Origin: Hydrolagus colliei
Taxonomy: Eukaryota
Assembly (NCBI GenBank): GCA_035084275.1
Contig: CM068757.1
Coordinates: forward strand, 7,750,001 to 7,814,000
DNA length: 64,000 nucleotides
Direction of reading: 5' to 3'
The notes under the pieces were generated by a model. That model was not told the DNA's origin. It did no database searches and saw only the letters and a program-made list of their open reading frames with translations. The position numbers and the translations under genes are program-made. Numbering within the stretch: position 1 is the stretch's first letter; each line of letters opens with the position of its first letter. Of this stretch, positions 40,033-52,258 are shown in pieces.

Positions 40033-41649
40033 CTGTTGGACCTTTGAGGATTGAAGCTGGCTCTCAAAAGGCTCTCTGTGTGTGTACCACTCATTGCTGT
40101 GGTTTCCTATAACTTGTGCGAAAAGCTGTGTTAGGATGTAGCATGTCTCAATGTTAGGATTTTTTGTGGTGAGTACGAGCGCCACTGTTCATACTTGATC
40201 GCCACTTGATCAGCCGTGCTAAAAATAATTCTATTAATAGTCCAGGGTGTCTGCTCTCTCAAAATGCAGCTTCTGATTCAAGCTTTTGGGTTTGCAATTA
40301 GTGAGAAATGTGAGAATTAAGGTCCAGTCATCTCACTCCGTTGCTGGTTTATAGTACTAACTCACTGGTTTATTTAAACAGAGGGCCTTGTTAGGGCCTT
40401 GCTTAAAGATCTCAATGGCTCGTTGCATACGTTCTAATGATCTGCCAGAGTTTCGCCCTAACCCTATCTCTGCAATCTTTCTATCCCGGCTGCTTTGGCA
40501 TGTCTTTTCCCCCCCCCCCCCCCCCCCCCCCCGCCCAACTTTCAATCTACCATCGGTGTATGAGCTTTCAGCCATCCTGTGCCTCACTTTAAACTATCCT
40601 CCTGACTTGAAAGACGCGATGTAGATTATTGTTATTGCCCCACAGGGTGATGGGTGTAACTCCCTCCCCACACTCAGGTTCTGACTTTATTCATGGCCCT
40701 GGGAGCCAGTTGTCAAGTGGAGGTCATGAACTATCCGAAAGTGAGGGGAAAAATATTGTGGTTTTATTTTAGTGGGGTGGGGGCTGGAGGTGGGTTCTTT
40801 TCATTTGTTCTAGGAATCCTGCCTACTAATGGCAGTTACATACCCTTTGCACATAAAGGTAATCTGCGGGCAATTTACCTCTTTGACTGCGTCTGTGGTC
40901 ACCCCTGCCCTCCCCACCCTGCTCGATACCTGTCCTCGCCACCGTAAATTGCTTTGAGTTGTTATTGTCACTGAGGTGAGTTGTGCAAATGCAAATTGTT
41001 GTTATCAATAGACAATTCAGATTGCCAACTGAGGACATCTGCCTCCCAAATACTCCACTATCTCTATAACTCTTCTACGGCCGTTTTTGTAGCTTGTTTC
41101 TCATTCTGTGTTTTGCACTTGTTCCTTTGTGAGTTCTTTGTTTTTCTGAAAGTAACATTTATTGTGGTGCGGGTGTTTCCTGTGAGTCAGCTACCCAGCA
41201 TAACACGCTGCAAGCTCACAAATCATCCTGCTTCACACGTTAGTTTTTTATTGGCCCCTGGAAGCCCACAGTTCCTGCAGATAACCTAAGGTTCAAGCGA
41301 TTGTCTTTCCAAAGAAACAAGAGACTGCACTATTCTGTGGCCACCTTTAAATCACTGAGCAAACCTAACTTGACATGGACTGTCTTTGCAATGACATAGC
41401 TCTGTCAATGCAGGATGACACTTGAATCCACAGCAAATATCGACCATCTCATTCAGACAAACTGTAAGGGTATCGTCAGATTAGTCTACTGCATAACAAG
41501 TAGGAATGCATTTGAACGAACAATAATTAAGATCTTGCAGTTCAGTATAAAGGTTGTCAAGGGCAGCACTGCAACCTTTTGACCTAGATTGAGCTTCATG
41601 TGGTGTTTTGCTTTCAGCTGATTTCTTACGGGTTCTGTTTATTCCTCAG

Positions 41650-41794
41650 TTCTGCTCAGACTGTGAAGAAAAGAAGCAAGCTTTCAGTTTCTGCTCGGAC
41701 TGCACCAAGTGGCTGTGCAATACCTGCCTGGTTGTACATACGCGTGGGAAGGAAACTAAACACCACATGCTATCTGCCCAAGAGAATACCACAG
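41650..41794 (+). CDS. TRIM66: TRIM66 exon 3: B-box 1 (FCSDCEEKKQAFSFCSDCTKWLCNTCLVVH...H)
   Basis: ctcag| acceptor, CAG|gtaact donor, phase 0 to 1; Cys/His spacing of B-box type 1. Confidence 0.93.
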
Positions 41795-41872
41795 GTAACT
41801 TCAGTGCAGAGCTCTTCAAAGCAGCACAAGGGGTTTGATTGACCGCAGTTACTCAGAGGATGCACAAACTAG

Positions 41873-42335
41873 ACTCCCTCAGCATAGCGGTTAGCGCACT
41901 CGCCTTGCAAATGAGTAATTCACAGAATCATAAAATTATACAGCACAGAAGGAGGCCATTCGGCCCATCGTGCCTGTGCTAGCTCTTGTAAAAGAGCTGC
42001 CTAAATCAATCCCACTCTCTCCCCAAAGCCCTGCAAACTTGTTCTCCCAAAATAATTGTCTACTTCTCTCTTAAAAGTTGCTATCAAATCAACTTGGGTT
42101 TGATTCCCGGGTGGGGCGAAACCTTAGGCAAGTTTTCCTTACTCCACACGCCTCTGTTTACCAAGCAGTAAGTAGAAACATGGGTGTTAGTGATTGGCAG
42201 AACAATCCAGGGGTAAGAATTAAAAAAAATTGGTTTTGTAATGCACAACTGTTAGTGGGACCCTGCTATGTACAATTGGCTGCCGCATTTCACCCTCAAA
42301 ATACAAAGTTCATCCACTTTACAGTACAACATTTA
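41873..42335 (+). mobile_element. SINE family A with its head interrupted by a CR1 3' fragment
   Basis: A-box half at 41873-41920; B-box half resumes at 42091. Confidence 0.8.
41921..42090 (-). mobile_element. 5'-truncated CR1 LINE, 3' end only
   Basis: cacagaatcataaaattatacagcacagaaggaggccattcggcccatc... is closely similar to the terminus of the CR1 at 23607. Confidence 0.85.
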
Positions 42336-42946
42336 TAGTACAAAAGCTGGGTGACTGGATACATAGCTGTTTAGTTAAATTCCATTAATTGGTTAAACTT
42401 TTGAAAGGGAAGTTCTCCCAGTATCCTGGATAACAGAAGACTGGACAGTCTTCAAATCCACTACTGGGACGCTGCTGTGTGCAATTGACTGCTGCTTTTC
42501 GTCCCCCAAAATGGTGAATTCACTTTACAGTACATTTGGTGAAGCACTTTGGGATGTCTCCAAGAGGGTAAAAAGTGCTATATCAAATGCAAGGATTATT
42601 ATTAACAAATCCCTCTCCCTCTGAAGAATTTTTTTTGTGGGATATTGCTGTGCACACCTTTGCGGTTGCGTTACCTATAAATGTACAGTTGCAGTGAAAC
42701 CTGTGAAGCTCCTTGAGACATCCTCCCGATGTGATATGGTGCTATGACCAAATGCAAGGATATTTATTCTTATTATGAGTGGGGCAAATGGGAATGTCTC
42801 AATGACGCAGAGGTTGGGAGCATAATAAGCCCAATTGATAGAAAGTCCAGACATGAAATGGACTGTCCAGTGTTGAAAGCGTGCAATACTGGTTTTCTTC
42901 CTGCTTTGATTCTTATCCTGAGCTTGTCGCTCTGCTCCGTGTTCAG

Positions 42947-43079
42947 GTGATGGCTGCGACTCCGACGAATTCCCACTGTACTGTCCTCTTCATAACAAGC
43001 AGCCGCTGAAGCTCTTTTGTGAGACCTGTGACATGCTGGCCTGCTGGAACTGCCAGCTAACAGAACACAAAGAGCACAG
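42947..43079 (+). CDS. TRIM66: TRIM66 exon 4: B-box 2 ([33 protein letters not shown])
   Basis: ttcag| acceptor, CAG|gtaaag donor, phase 1 to 2; canonical TIF1 B-box 2. Confidence 0.95.
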
Positions 43080-43278
43080 GTAAAGGAAGGGCACACACCA
43101 TGGGGGGTGGGGGGGGTGGCGAGAGACCCAGCTCCATCAACTCTGTCTGGGATACGACCGAAATATTTTTTTCTTTGGTCAGCCGAGTGTCTGACACTTG
43201 TGGAAACCCATCACCATGTTTCAGAGTATCCAGACCAAGCTGGGAATTCCATGCAATGAACCCCATGGTAATTTAAAT

Positions 43279-43470
43279 GGGTGTCAGCCTGGCTCAGTTG
43301 CTGGCACTCCCCGCCTCAGAAGGTTGTGGGTTCAAGCCGTCAAGTCGGACTTCGAACTCACAATTTTGGTCCCAACATTCCAAAGCGAGTGCTGCGTTAT
43401 TGGAGGTGCTGTCCTCCGGATGAGACATGAAACCGAGGTCCCATCTACCTGTTCAGCTGCACGTTAAATG
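43279..43470 (+). mobile_element. Older DeuSINE/SacSINE1-like element (family B)
   Basis: gggtgtcagcctggctcagt...agaaggttgtgggttcaag head, then ggaggtgctgtcctccggatgagacatgaaaccgaggtcccatct, which resembles the recalled Deu domain. Weaker relics at about 7620-7830, 11759-11890 and 29340-29412. Confidence 0.6.
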
Positions 43471-43586
43471 ATTTCGTAGCATGATATGAAAGGCTTAGTC
43501 ATTTCAGCAGTTTGTGTCTTGAAAATAGTGTTTTTGTGCGAATGTAATGAGCCCTAAGTATTTCAAACTCTTTGGGTATTTTTCAG

Positions 43587-43703
43587 TTTCAAGTACCTGG
43601 ACGATGCTCTACAGAACCAGAAGAATGTTTTGGAAGAACTGACTGTGAAAGTGGAGGAGAAGAAAGTCAGTATCCAGAACTCCGCCAAGCAAGTGCAGGA
43701 CAG
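43587..43703 (+). CDS. TRIM66: TRIM66 exon 5: coiled coil (FKYLDDALQNQKNVLEELTVKVEEKKVSIQNSAKQVQD)
   Basis: tttcag| acceptor, CAG|gtgatg donor, phase 2 to 2. Confidence 0.93.
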
Positions 43704-44094
43704 GTGATGTGTTCCATTCACTACAAAAGAGGGAGAGCAGTGTTTGGGGCTAACCTCACAGGTTAACTGGTGTAACCTGTACTGTAGCTTGTATGAGAGG
43801 TGGTTCTTTACTTGGAGAGGGGTTTTCCTCTTCTCCTTTACCCATTTACCATGAAAGAATGACTCCCCTAAATCTCGAAGTGCTTAGATTCTGACCTGAC
43901 AATGGAGCTGGTCTTTAATATTTCTTTATAGTTGGATAGTGGAGGAGTGGGTGGGAGTGAGGGAGGGAGAGAGAAGGTAAACAGAACATGATCCTTGAAG
44001 CTCCTACGAAATCCACTCTGAAACGAATTAGTGTTGTAAGTTCCGCTAATGACTGTGTTGAGGTACTGACACTGGGTTTCAATCTGTCTTCCAG

Positions 44095-44209
44095 ACTGAA
44101 TGAAGTGAAGCAGATGCAGAAGAAGGTGGAAAATCAGATCAAAATGGCCAAGATGATTGTGATCAACGAGCTGAACAAGCGTGTGAATGTTCTGATGGAC
44201 CAGCTGGAG
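44095..44209 (+). CDS. TRIM66: TRIM66 exon 6: coiled coil (LNEVKQMQKKVENQIKMAKMIVINELNKRVNVLMDQLE)
   Basis: ttccag| acceptor, GAG|gtagac donor, phase 2 to 0. Confidence 0.94.
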
Positions 44210-45384
44210 GTAGACACTGAGCTGACTGATTCTGCCAACACTTGAGATCTATCACACGCTAGTCACTACACCATGCAGTAAATTTGTGAAGCGCTTTGGA
44301 ACATTTCGATGACATGATAAACTGCCATATTAAATCAAATTCTAGTCACCATTGTACGATAGACCTGGGTTGTACAAGGCAGTACGTTTCACCATGGTTA
44401 TTTATTGGGTTGAAAAATAAGAGAAAACGGGAGCAACATCTAAGAGTAATGGCATGCCTGTGTTACAGTATAATGACACACTGATATTTTTTCCTGTAAC
44501 AGATGAGTGGTTTAATAGGTGCACTGCCCCATGCAGGACATTTGATTCTTTTTTGTTCATGTTTTCTTTTCTAATTGCTTTACTTCATCTCTAAGCCACC
44601 TCCCTCGCACCTTGCCTAGTGTGAGAATTAATTGCTTTGTACGTCTCAGTAATCGCGCACACCGACTTCTACCTTTCTCCCATGCACTAGGACTTAGCCA
44701 AAGCATTAGCCAAAGGCATCCAGGAGGTGGGTAGGAGTTGTAGAAACAAAATGCTCTTAAAATGCAATGGCAGTAATGATAACCCTCAGTAGTTGAGTGC
44801 TGAGACCATTTGACTGATGACAAAATATTCGCTGCAAAGAGGTTGCCTGTCTGTATGACATGTTGTAATTGACTTACAGCTGTAACATTTCTCCTCTTGA
44901 GAGATGTTTAACAGCCACAAATACATTACGTCTGACAAACAGTGTGCAAGGCTGGGAATACATATACAGTAGTTCGGAAAAAAAAATCAATGCCACTGGA
45001 TTTCCTACAGATTCAGTCACCACACATGACAGTGATTGCTGCAAAGTGTTTTGAGACATAATGCCTGTAACAACAACAACAAGTTTGATTTATATAGCGC
45101 CCCCCACGCCGGACGGCGTCTCAGAGCGTTTCTCAATAACTGATCCCGGGCCATCAAATGAAGGCTTAGCATTGCTGTACTGTAATGGGCTACAGACCCT
45201 GATTCTGTAAGAAGAAAACTGTCTGCTTAAGTGTCTGAATAAACTCTGTCTATAGCAGAGGAGCCAGAGTAGAATTACACCAGGCTTTGTCCAGTCTACT
45301 TCTGATGTGTGTGTATGTGGGAGGGGGGCATGGGGAGCAGCCTCACCCTCTGTGCTGACATTGGGTGTCCCTTTCCTTACGTAG

Positions 45385-45531
45385 CTGGTCACCAACGAGC
45401 GGAGTCGGAAGCTGGACCATCAGCTTCAGGCGGTGGTGGGCGTGTGTCGACATTTGGAGCACGTGCTCAATTTCATCAACTGGGCCGTCTCCAAGAAGAA
45501 CAGCATCCCCTTCCTGTTCAGCAAAGAGCTG
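45385..45531 (+). CDS. TRIM66: TRIM66 exon 7: coiled coil (LVTNERSRKLDHQLQ...NFINWAVSKKNSIPFLFSKEL)
   Basis: cgtag| acceptor, CTG|gtgagt donor, phase 0 to 0. Confidence 0.94.
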
Positions 45532-46211
45532 GTGAGTGTGCCTGGTAGCGAATGTCACGCATACATACACACACACTGGCGAGTGAGCTTGGCAAGGGTG
45601 CATCAGTCTAGAAACAACGTTTAGGCTGTGAAAAGGGTATTAATGTCACACGGCACTGTAAATGTATTGATGATTGTACATTTTTTGGAGTACAGAGTAT
45701 GTTGACCATCAGAACAGGCACTTTTAACAACTGATTGACTCCCCTGAAGGGCTTAGCTCTTTTTAGGTGCATTTGCTATTGAGTTAGTGATGCAGATGCT
45801 ACTGCTATTATCCAGCAGTAGATTAGGATTGCGGTTCACTCCCCGTTTGAGGTGACTATCTGGTGAGAACCGCAGCGAGGGGAAATCATGAGATGCAGTG
45901 AATTTTTCTTCCAGATGCTCTTCTGTGATGCCTCCCTGCCATGTAAACAAAGAATGCTATTGCTTTAAGATTACCGACGGCAACATTTGTAGAGAGTCAC
46001 GTATTTTGAAAAGGCCATGGATTATTACATTGGGATTCACTAGCAGCGACTCGGAGTTGCTAACTAGCTGGTGATGGGCAGTCACTGCTCGAAGCCTTGT
46101 GGGATGGGTGCTTAGGAGTGTTTGATATTGATGGGGTTGTGGGTTAATTTGGAGCTGGTCCGCTCGACGTCTGGTTATTTCCTGATGGTTTGTTTCTCGC
46201 ATTATTTGCAG

Positions 46212-46326
46212 ATCCTCTTTCAAACGCGAAGATTGCTGGAGACGCAGTGCAACGTGGACCTGGGTCCGTCCAAGATTCAGTTTCGCTGGGACTCTGACAC
46301 ATGGTCCAAACAGCTGTCTAATTTAG
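46212..46326 (+). CDS. TRIM66: TRIM66 exon 8 (ILFQTRRLLETQCNVDLGPSKIQFRWDSDTWSKQLSNL)
   Basis: ttgcag| acceptor, TAG|gtagga donor, phase 0 to 1; end of the TIF1 signature region. Confidence 0.93.
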
Positions 46327-46506
46327 GTAGGAAAATCTGCAAGTTACTGCGCGTTTGGTCCCCTGCCCCCCATTCCCTCCTGATCCCACGCCCCAGCTCG
46401 GGAGCAAAATCCTTGATTGTCCAGCGCTTTGGGACATCCTCCCAACCGTGAGAGCCTCTATCAAAATCTAATTTGCTGTTGTGTGTCTGCCTCCCTCCCT
46501 CCTTAG

Positions 46507-47420
46507 GCTATTTGTCAGCCGATTGTGAAAACCCAGTGTACCAAGAATGCCAGCCTCTGTTCCACCCAGGACCGGGGCCTTGTGACCTGACAAATCACGG
46601 ACAAGCGTTGCAGCCATCTCTCCTGCACCAGACTGCCGTGCAGCAGCAATTCTCCGTGTGCGGCAGCCACTACTTGAATGTCGATCCCGTGCCGCGTGAG
46701 CCCGTGAACTGCGCGCAGCACCCGGCCCATTTGCCCGAACACCTGCAACGCCAACTGCAGCTGCATTTTGGCGGGTTGCACCAGGGCCTCTCGCAGCCCG
46801 TGGCCCTGCAGGCGTCACCCAGCCTGCAGCGCTGGCACACCGTCAGCCCTCACCCCGGGCGTGAGCGCGGCACGCTGGTGGAGCACATGTCAGCTGCGCT
46901 GTACTCGGTGCAGGCACAAATGCACACGGCTCCCGTGCAGCAGCAGCAGCAGCTGAAGCAACAGAGAGTGCTGCAGCCCAAACCGAAGCATCCCAAACTG
47001 CAGCTCCCACAGCAGCTGCAGAGGCCGTTGTCGCTCTGCCAAGCGCAAGCCGGGAAGCAGCCCTCTCCCCCGCCGCCCCAGCCGCCGTGCAGAGAGGAGC
47101 ACAAAGGGTCCCTCGCCGAGCAGCGCAGCCCGGAGGTGAAACAGCGGCGAGAGCCACAGCACCCTGACCGAGGGCCGAGCAGCCTTAAGCAGCTTCTGGA
47201 GGAACCACCACAACAGAGCAGCAGTCAGGGCCCACAGGGTGAGGAGCGAGTCACCGGAGGCCAGCGCGACCGCCTGGTTGGGCAGCAAGAAGCGGCGATG
47301 GAACCCCAATTCCCAGGGCCCCCGAGAGAGACCGCCAGCGACCACAGCTGGCACCCAGGCCTGGAGCAGCCGAAGGAATCCCAGAAGATGTCGTCCCTTG
47401 CCGTGGCCGAGCGAGACGCC
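46507..47420 (+). CDS. TRIM66: TRIM66 exon 9: large GC-rich exon encoding the Q/P-rich linker
   Basis: ccttag| acceptor, GCC|gtaagt donor, 914 nt open in frame (ORF 46473..47507), phase 1 to 0. Confidence 0.88.
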
Positions 47421-47996
47421 GTAAGTGGCGAGCCTGTGACCTGCGCCTTGCACCCACAGCTTTTTCTCGCAACGTACACAGTTGACCCACTTTACAGGAC
47501 ATTTTGAGAAAGTGTTTTGAGGCATCTCAAGGCGCTACATCAGATGAAAGTATTATTCCACACCAAAGGTGTCTGAACGGTTTGATTTGTCTCAAAGGGA
47601 ACAGCTAGTTAGCTCGCTGGCAGAGGAGAGGAACAAAGAGGTTTGGTGGGGTGGTGGGGGGTGGGGGTGAGGGGTGGGGGAGAGACAGGAGAGTTTGAAA
47701 TGTCGGCGTCAATACGAAGCGCAGCATTGACACATCTGCATTGGCCTTGGGGAGGAAACTGCGAGTTTGGTGGTTTTATGCAGCTGGGAATTCAAGATCC
47801 TCGAGATCGTACACGAGCTGATGGGGTTTCTCTTCAAAGCAACACGTTCTTCCCATATCTACAATTGGGCTGTGCCATTGGCGCCGGTTACTGCGACTGT
47901 CTGGCGTGCGGTCCACCGGCTGCTAAATTTCGGTTGAACCAGAAAGGTCGCGACCTTGCGTTAACCCTCATCTGCCTTCTCCATCCTCTTCTCCAG

Positions 47997-48179
47997 TTGC
48001 CCAATTCCCAAAGTGCTGAGGAAGACCAACGCCCAGCGTGCCGTGGACAAAGCGACATCCCTCTTCAGTCCCTGGACTTAACAGCGCCTCACAGAGCTGA
48101 TGGGGAATCAGTGCCGAAGTCCAAGGAGCCCTCGGCATGCTTGTTGCTCTCGTGTCCTGTGAAGAAAGGAAGAATAAAG
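47997..48179 (+). CDS. TRIM66: TRIM66 exon 10 (LPNSQSAEED...SLDLT...CPVKKGRIK)
   Basis: Long pyrimidine tract then ctccag|; AAG|gtaaac donor; 183 nt, phase 0 to 0. Low-conservation linker, so support is splice signals and frame only. Confidence 0.75.
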
Positions 48180-50014
48180 GTAAACGGCTTTCTGGACAAA
48201 TGGCGTTCGATTAGTTGGTGCCAATGTTTGGTCTCAAAACTGATTGGGGGACTGGTTGCAATGTACGGTCTCTTTTATTCACAGAAAGAGGAGGCAAAGA
48301 GCGCCTGAGAACTGTTGAAAAAATGTAAAACTTGTTTACGCGGATGGAAACATGCTGATAAGTGACCACAACTACAGTGCTTTGTAAAAGGGGTAGCATC
48401 TCGGAGCATTTAAAAGGGGCTCCGCCTGACACTGAGCTGGGGTGGTAGTGGGGAGATGATAGTGAGGAGGGTCAAGGATGGTCTGGACCCCATGGATGTG
48501 ATTGTGTGCTTTCCCCTGTGATATTAAAAGTGATGTACTCAAATATCTGCTTTTTAGGGAGATGGAGGGGTGGGGGAGTGAGGGAGGGAGGCGATCTCCT
48601 TGGAGCTCACTTAGCTTCATGAGCTTGGTTATGGAGTGAAGGCCTCAGTGGTTCGGTTCCTTAGCCAGGCTGGTCTCCAATACTCCAGGGGTGGGGCAGC
48701 TGGGGATAACATTGCATCAGGTTACGAGACCCATGGTCCCACCGCACACCATCTCTCAGTATCTCACCCCATCAACACAGCCTGTTCCCAGCCCTAATCC
48801 CAGCTGCTGATGCTCTCCTAGGCTAACAAATATCTTTCCCAGCCCAGATCCCAATTTAGCAGCTACTCCAGCTGAGGGTTTACTTAGAAGCCGAAGCAGG
48901 CAGGGACCACCCACTATTTGTGCAAAATAGAAATGTGTTAACCCTTAAGTTGACGAATCCTACCATGGTTTCTATCTTAATTCGCGTCTGTGATACAGAA
49001 ATACCCGAACTCCACCCATTTCTATATTTGTCCATTGCTCAGACCCACACCCAGCACTGCGAAGCGCTTTGAGACATCCTCTTAACACGAAAGATGTTGC
49101 ATGCATGTAAATTGTGTTGCGATTGCCACACGACGAGTTCCTGTAGTTAGCTGGCCTGATAGCAGGAGCAATTCAGACTGCATTCATACACTCGATAAAT
49201 AAGCCTTAGGGATTCCTTGGTGATGATTTCAGTAATTGGGTAGGGGGGCTGTGTTGAATAATTTCTCCTCCAACAGTCCTTTGGGTGTGTATTGTTTTGC
49301 TAATCTCCGTGGAAGCTGCTGCTGTACTAGTAAAACTAATACGTTTGAGGAGGTACCTGCAAAATGTGGCTGACATGAAGGGTTGAGATCTGTCCTTGTG
49401 TTCAGTGCCCATGTATATGTTTTGTGAGATGTTTCAAACTCGGTGTGATTATCTCATACTCTGCTGACTCAGTGAGTGTCTGGCACTTGTCGGGTTCACT
49501 CAGTTGATCGGAATGAGGGACCTGGAAAGTGACTGCCCCGCTGATGTTGGCTCTTTTGGCCTGAGCATCAGATTGCTTCACTGTAATCTGCACTTTCTTG
49601 GACATTTGGAAATGTGACTGAGCCCGGTTTGAGCTCCCCTCTCTGGGTTATTCACAGCTCCCAGCTGCGAAACCGGCCAGTGCAGCTCATCAACCACAAA
49701 ATAGTCACTCCAATTTACAGTAAACCTTATGAAGTGCTTTGACGTCTCGATGATGTGATTCGGGTGCTTTATCAAGCATTATTATTATTATTGCCGACCT
49801 CTGTTAAATGGAATCTGAAGTTGAGTGCTCAGAAGACCATTTCGACCATTGTACTCGAGCCGGCTCTCTCTAAGACATATTGTTTCGTACCGGTTTGAGA
49901 GTGACTGGTGTAATTGCTTTGGATTAATTTGCCTTGTGTTCAAGTGGATTGGCTTTCACTGTGTTGCATTGTTCAACGTTACCCAGTACTGATTTATCCT
50001 TGTTTCCATTGCAG

Positions 50015-50164
50015 CGCTCTGCTACAGGCAGCTTCAAACACACATCCCCTAGAGAGGTCGATGTCGCCCCGGTTGCTAACTCACCCAGGGTCGGCAGCCC
50101 TGTCGAAGGGGTCCCAGCAGAGAAGCTGGACGTGACCTGGGTACCAGGCATCACAGTGTATAAA
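50015..50164 (+). CDS. TRIM66: TRIM66 exon 11 (RSATGSFKHTSPREVD...PGITVYK)
   Basis: ttgcag| acceptor, AAA|gtgaga donor (alternative in-frame donor TGG|gtacca at 50140); 150 nt, phase 0 to 0. Confidence 0.72.
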
Positions 50165-50431
50165 GTGAGATTCTGTTAAATAATTAGCCGTGTGACCTCT
50201 GCTGTTCTGTTAGCTTAAGGTTTCCTGTTCGCCCCAGTCTTGCAAAGAGTTGAGGGCCCTGAAGTCCACCTCACCTTAGCCGGCAAGATCATTTGTCTTC
50301 AATTTGGGACATTTCAGGGATCCTGTGATCACTGCACAAATGATTGGAACAAACGGGGTGTAATTTCTGCAATGTGTGTGGGTTTAAGATTGAAAGCTGG
50401 CTGTGAAAAACAATTATTATTCTTTTTATAG

Positions 50432-50627
50432 AGCGAGGAAACAGATGCCAGGTCACCCACCGATTCCCCAGGAAGTGAGCCGAATCCTGTCGAAAACAAC
50501 GGCTTCAAAGAACCCATGAATCTCTCCGTTAACTTTGGCTGTAAACTCTCGCTCCTGTCGCCAGGGTCAGTGAGCAGCACTCCTCCTCTGGACTCCACTT
50601 CTGCCTCCGAGCACGGGGAAATGCCAG
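50432..50627 (+). CDS. TRIM66: TRIM66 exon 12 (SEETDARSP...KEPMNLSV...EHGEMP)
   Basis: ttttatag| acceptor, CAG|gtaaag donor, phase 0 to 1; EPMNLSV resembles recalled human TRIM66 EPINLSV. Confidence 0.82.
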
Positions 50628-50944
50628 GTAAAGCCACCCTCCTTGAATCTGGGCTCTGGATGCAAACTTCTGTTCTGTTAATCCTTGGTATCTTGCCCTC
50701 ACATCAACTTACACAAGTCCATGTTCACTCCAATAAGGGGGAAAAAAAATGAATGGGACAATGCACTGAAAATTCCCAGTAGCTTCTGCATTGCTGTAGA
50801 GACGCACTGAATCCAGGAGAATTGTCTTCAGAGCAGCCAGTCAATTTCAGCACATCTCATGCTGTGTCTGACTCGTTAGTACCTATGTACTGTGTAGCGA
50901 ATGCTTGATGTACTAATGACCACTCTCTCATCATGCTCAACTAG

Positions 50945-51023
50945 ATCCCGGTGTTAGTGATTCACACGATATGCCCTCGGATTCCCCAGAGTCACCGCAA
51001 CCCCCTGACAACCAAAACACCAG
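50945..51023 (+). CDS. TRIM66: TRIM66 exon 13 (DPGVSDSHDMPSDSPESPQPPDNQNT)
   Basis: tactaat branch point, ctag| acceptor, CAG|gtaaca donor; needed to convert phase 1 (exon 12) to phase 2 (exon 14). Confidence 0.8.
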
Positions 51024-51564
51024 GTAACAGGATTTTAAACAACTTGCGAACCAGATGGAATCAAAGGGTTAAAATGACATTGGCCCTGTTTTGCAGGGGC
51101 CGTTGGAATTGTCAGGGATCTGTTTTTTCCCCCCCTCGGGTTTACACTTGTTGCGTTTGCCTGCCTCGATATTAATATTTTTTATTCTTGTATTGATGGA
51201 ACAATCCGGTCAGAAAGCCTCACTCTTGGCAGGATTTACTTTGATTGTCTAAGCTAGTAAAATTGGCAATTCAACGCGTTGAATGCAACCACAATGGCTG
51301 AAACCAGTTAACGATAATAATCCTTACATTTAATATAACACCTGATCATGTGGTTGAGATGTCTCGAAGCGTCAACAGGATTGAGTTTGTATTCTGTGGC
51401 CAAATTTTACCTAATTGGCAGCACAGAATGTTTCCAACGACGACTTCAGTGCAGCTCACGATTTTCAAATCTCAGTATTACGAGCTGCTGATGGGGGTTG
51501 TGGATTGTGATAACACACAGAGCTTTGCTGATGCTCACAGTGCAAGTCGTGCTTCTGTTTACAG

Positions 51565-51733
51565 GGCCCAGGCGGAGGCTGTGAAGGTTCCTTACGTGCG
51601 GCTGGAACGGCTCCAAATCTGTGCCCTGGTGACTGGACCACTGCCGGTCTTTAAAGTGCAGCCGGACGCCAATGAAGAGGAAGGAAGCTTCGTGATCACG
51701 ATGAAAAAGAAGACCTCAGAACCTCCAACAAAA
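51565..51733 (+). CDS. TRIM66: TRIM66 exon 14: HP1-binding PxVxL (KVPYVRLERLQIC...PVFKVQP)
   Basis: ttacag| acceptor, AAA|gtgagc donor, phase 2 to 0; PYVRL at 51590-51604. Confidence 0.92.
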
Positions 51734-51796
51734 GTGAGCAGTAATGGACCTCAATTCTTTCTTTCTCCCTCTCTCGCCCCCACGCTCCCAATAATC

Positions 51797-52150
51797 TCAA
51801 TCCTTGCATTTGATATAGCGCCAAATCACGTAACTGAGATGTCTCAAAACACTTCACAGAATATATTGTAAAGTAAATTGGCCGTGTATTTTGTGGGTGA
51901 AACACGGCAACCAATTGTGCACAGCAGTGCCGATAAACTATCGTGGATTGAATGCCCCCTCATTTTGGGGGGCGGTGGGATTATTACCTCTCAAAAGTGA
52001 TTCACCAATCGACTAACAGCTGGGTTCCTAGTTATTGCTGGGTAAACTGAGGTGTGGGGTAAGGAAACATGCCTTAAGTCTCTTCCCACCTGGGAATCGA
52101 TCTGGGGTCTATTTACTTGCAACATGAGCATGCTAATCATTACTCTATGT
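51797..52150 (-). mobile_element. tRNA-derived SINE family A in intron 14
   Basis: aatccttgcatttgatatagcgcc tail and gggaatcgatctggggtct head on the - strand. Confidence 0.8.
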
Positions 52151-52258
52151 GGCTGTGATAGTCCTTTGTTTGCAAGATTGAAAATTCTTGAATAATCGAG
52201 ACACTTAGTCTTGGATCCCATAATCTTTGATTCTGTCCTCTTTCTCTCCTTGTTGAAG

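Noticed and set aside
41618-41649. Upstream alternative acceptor (ctttcag) for exon 3
   Set aside because: Adds 32 nt and shifts the frame.
46890-47525. 211-aa minus-strand ORF and other overlapping ORFs
   Set aside because: Antisense shadows of the GC-rich, stop-poor TRIM66 exon 9; no recognisable motifs.
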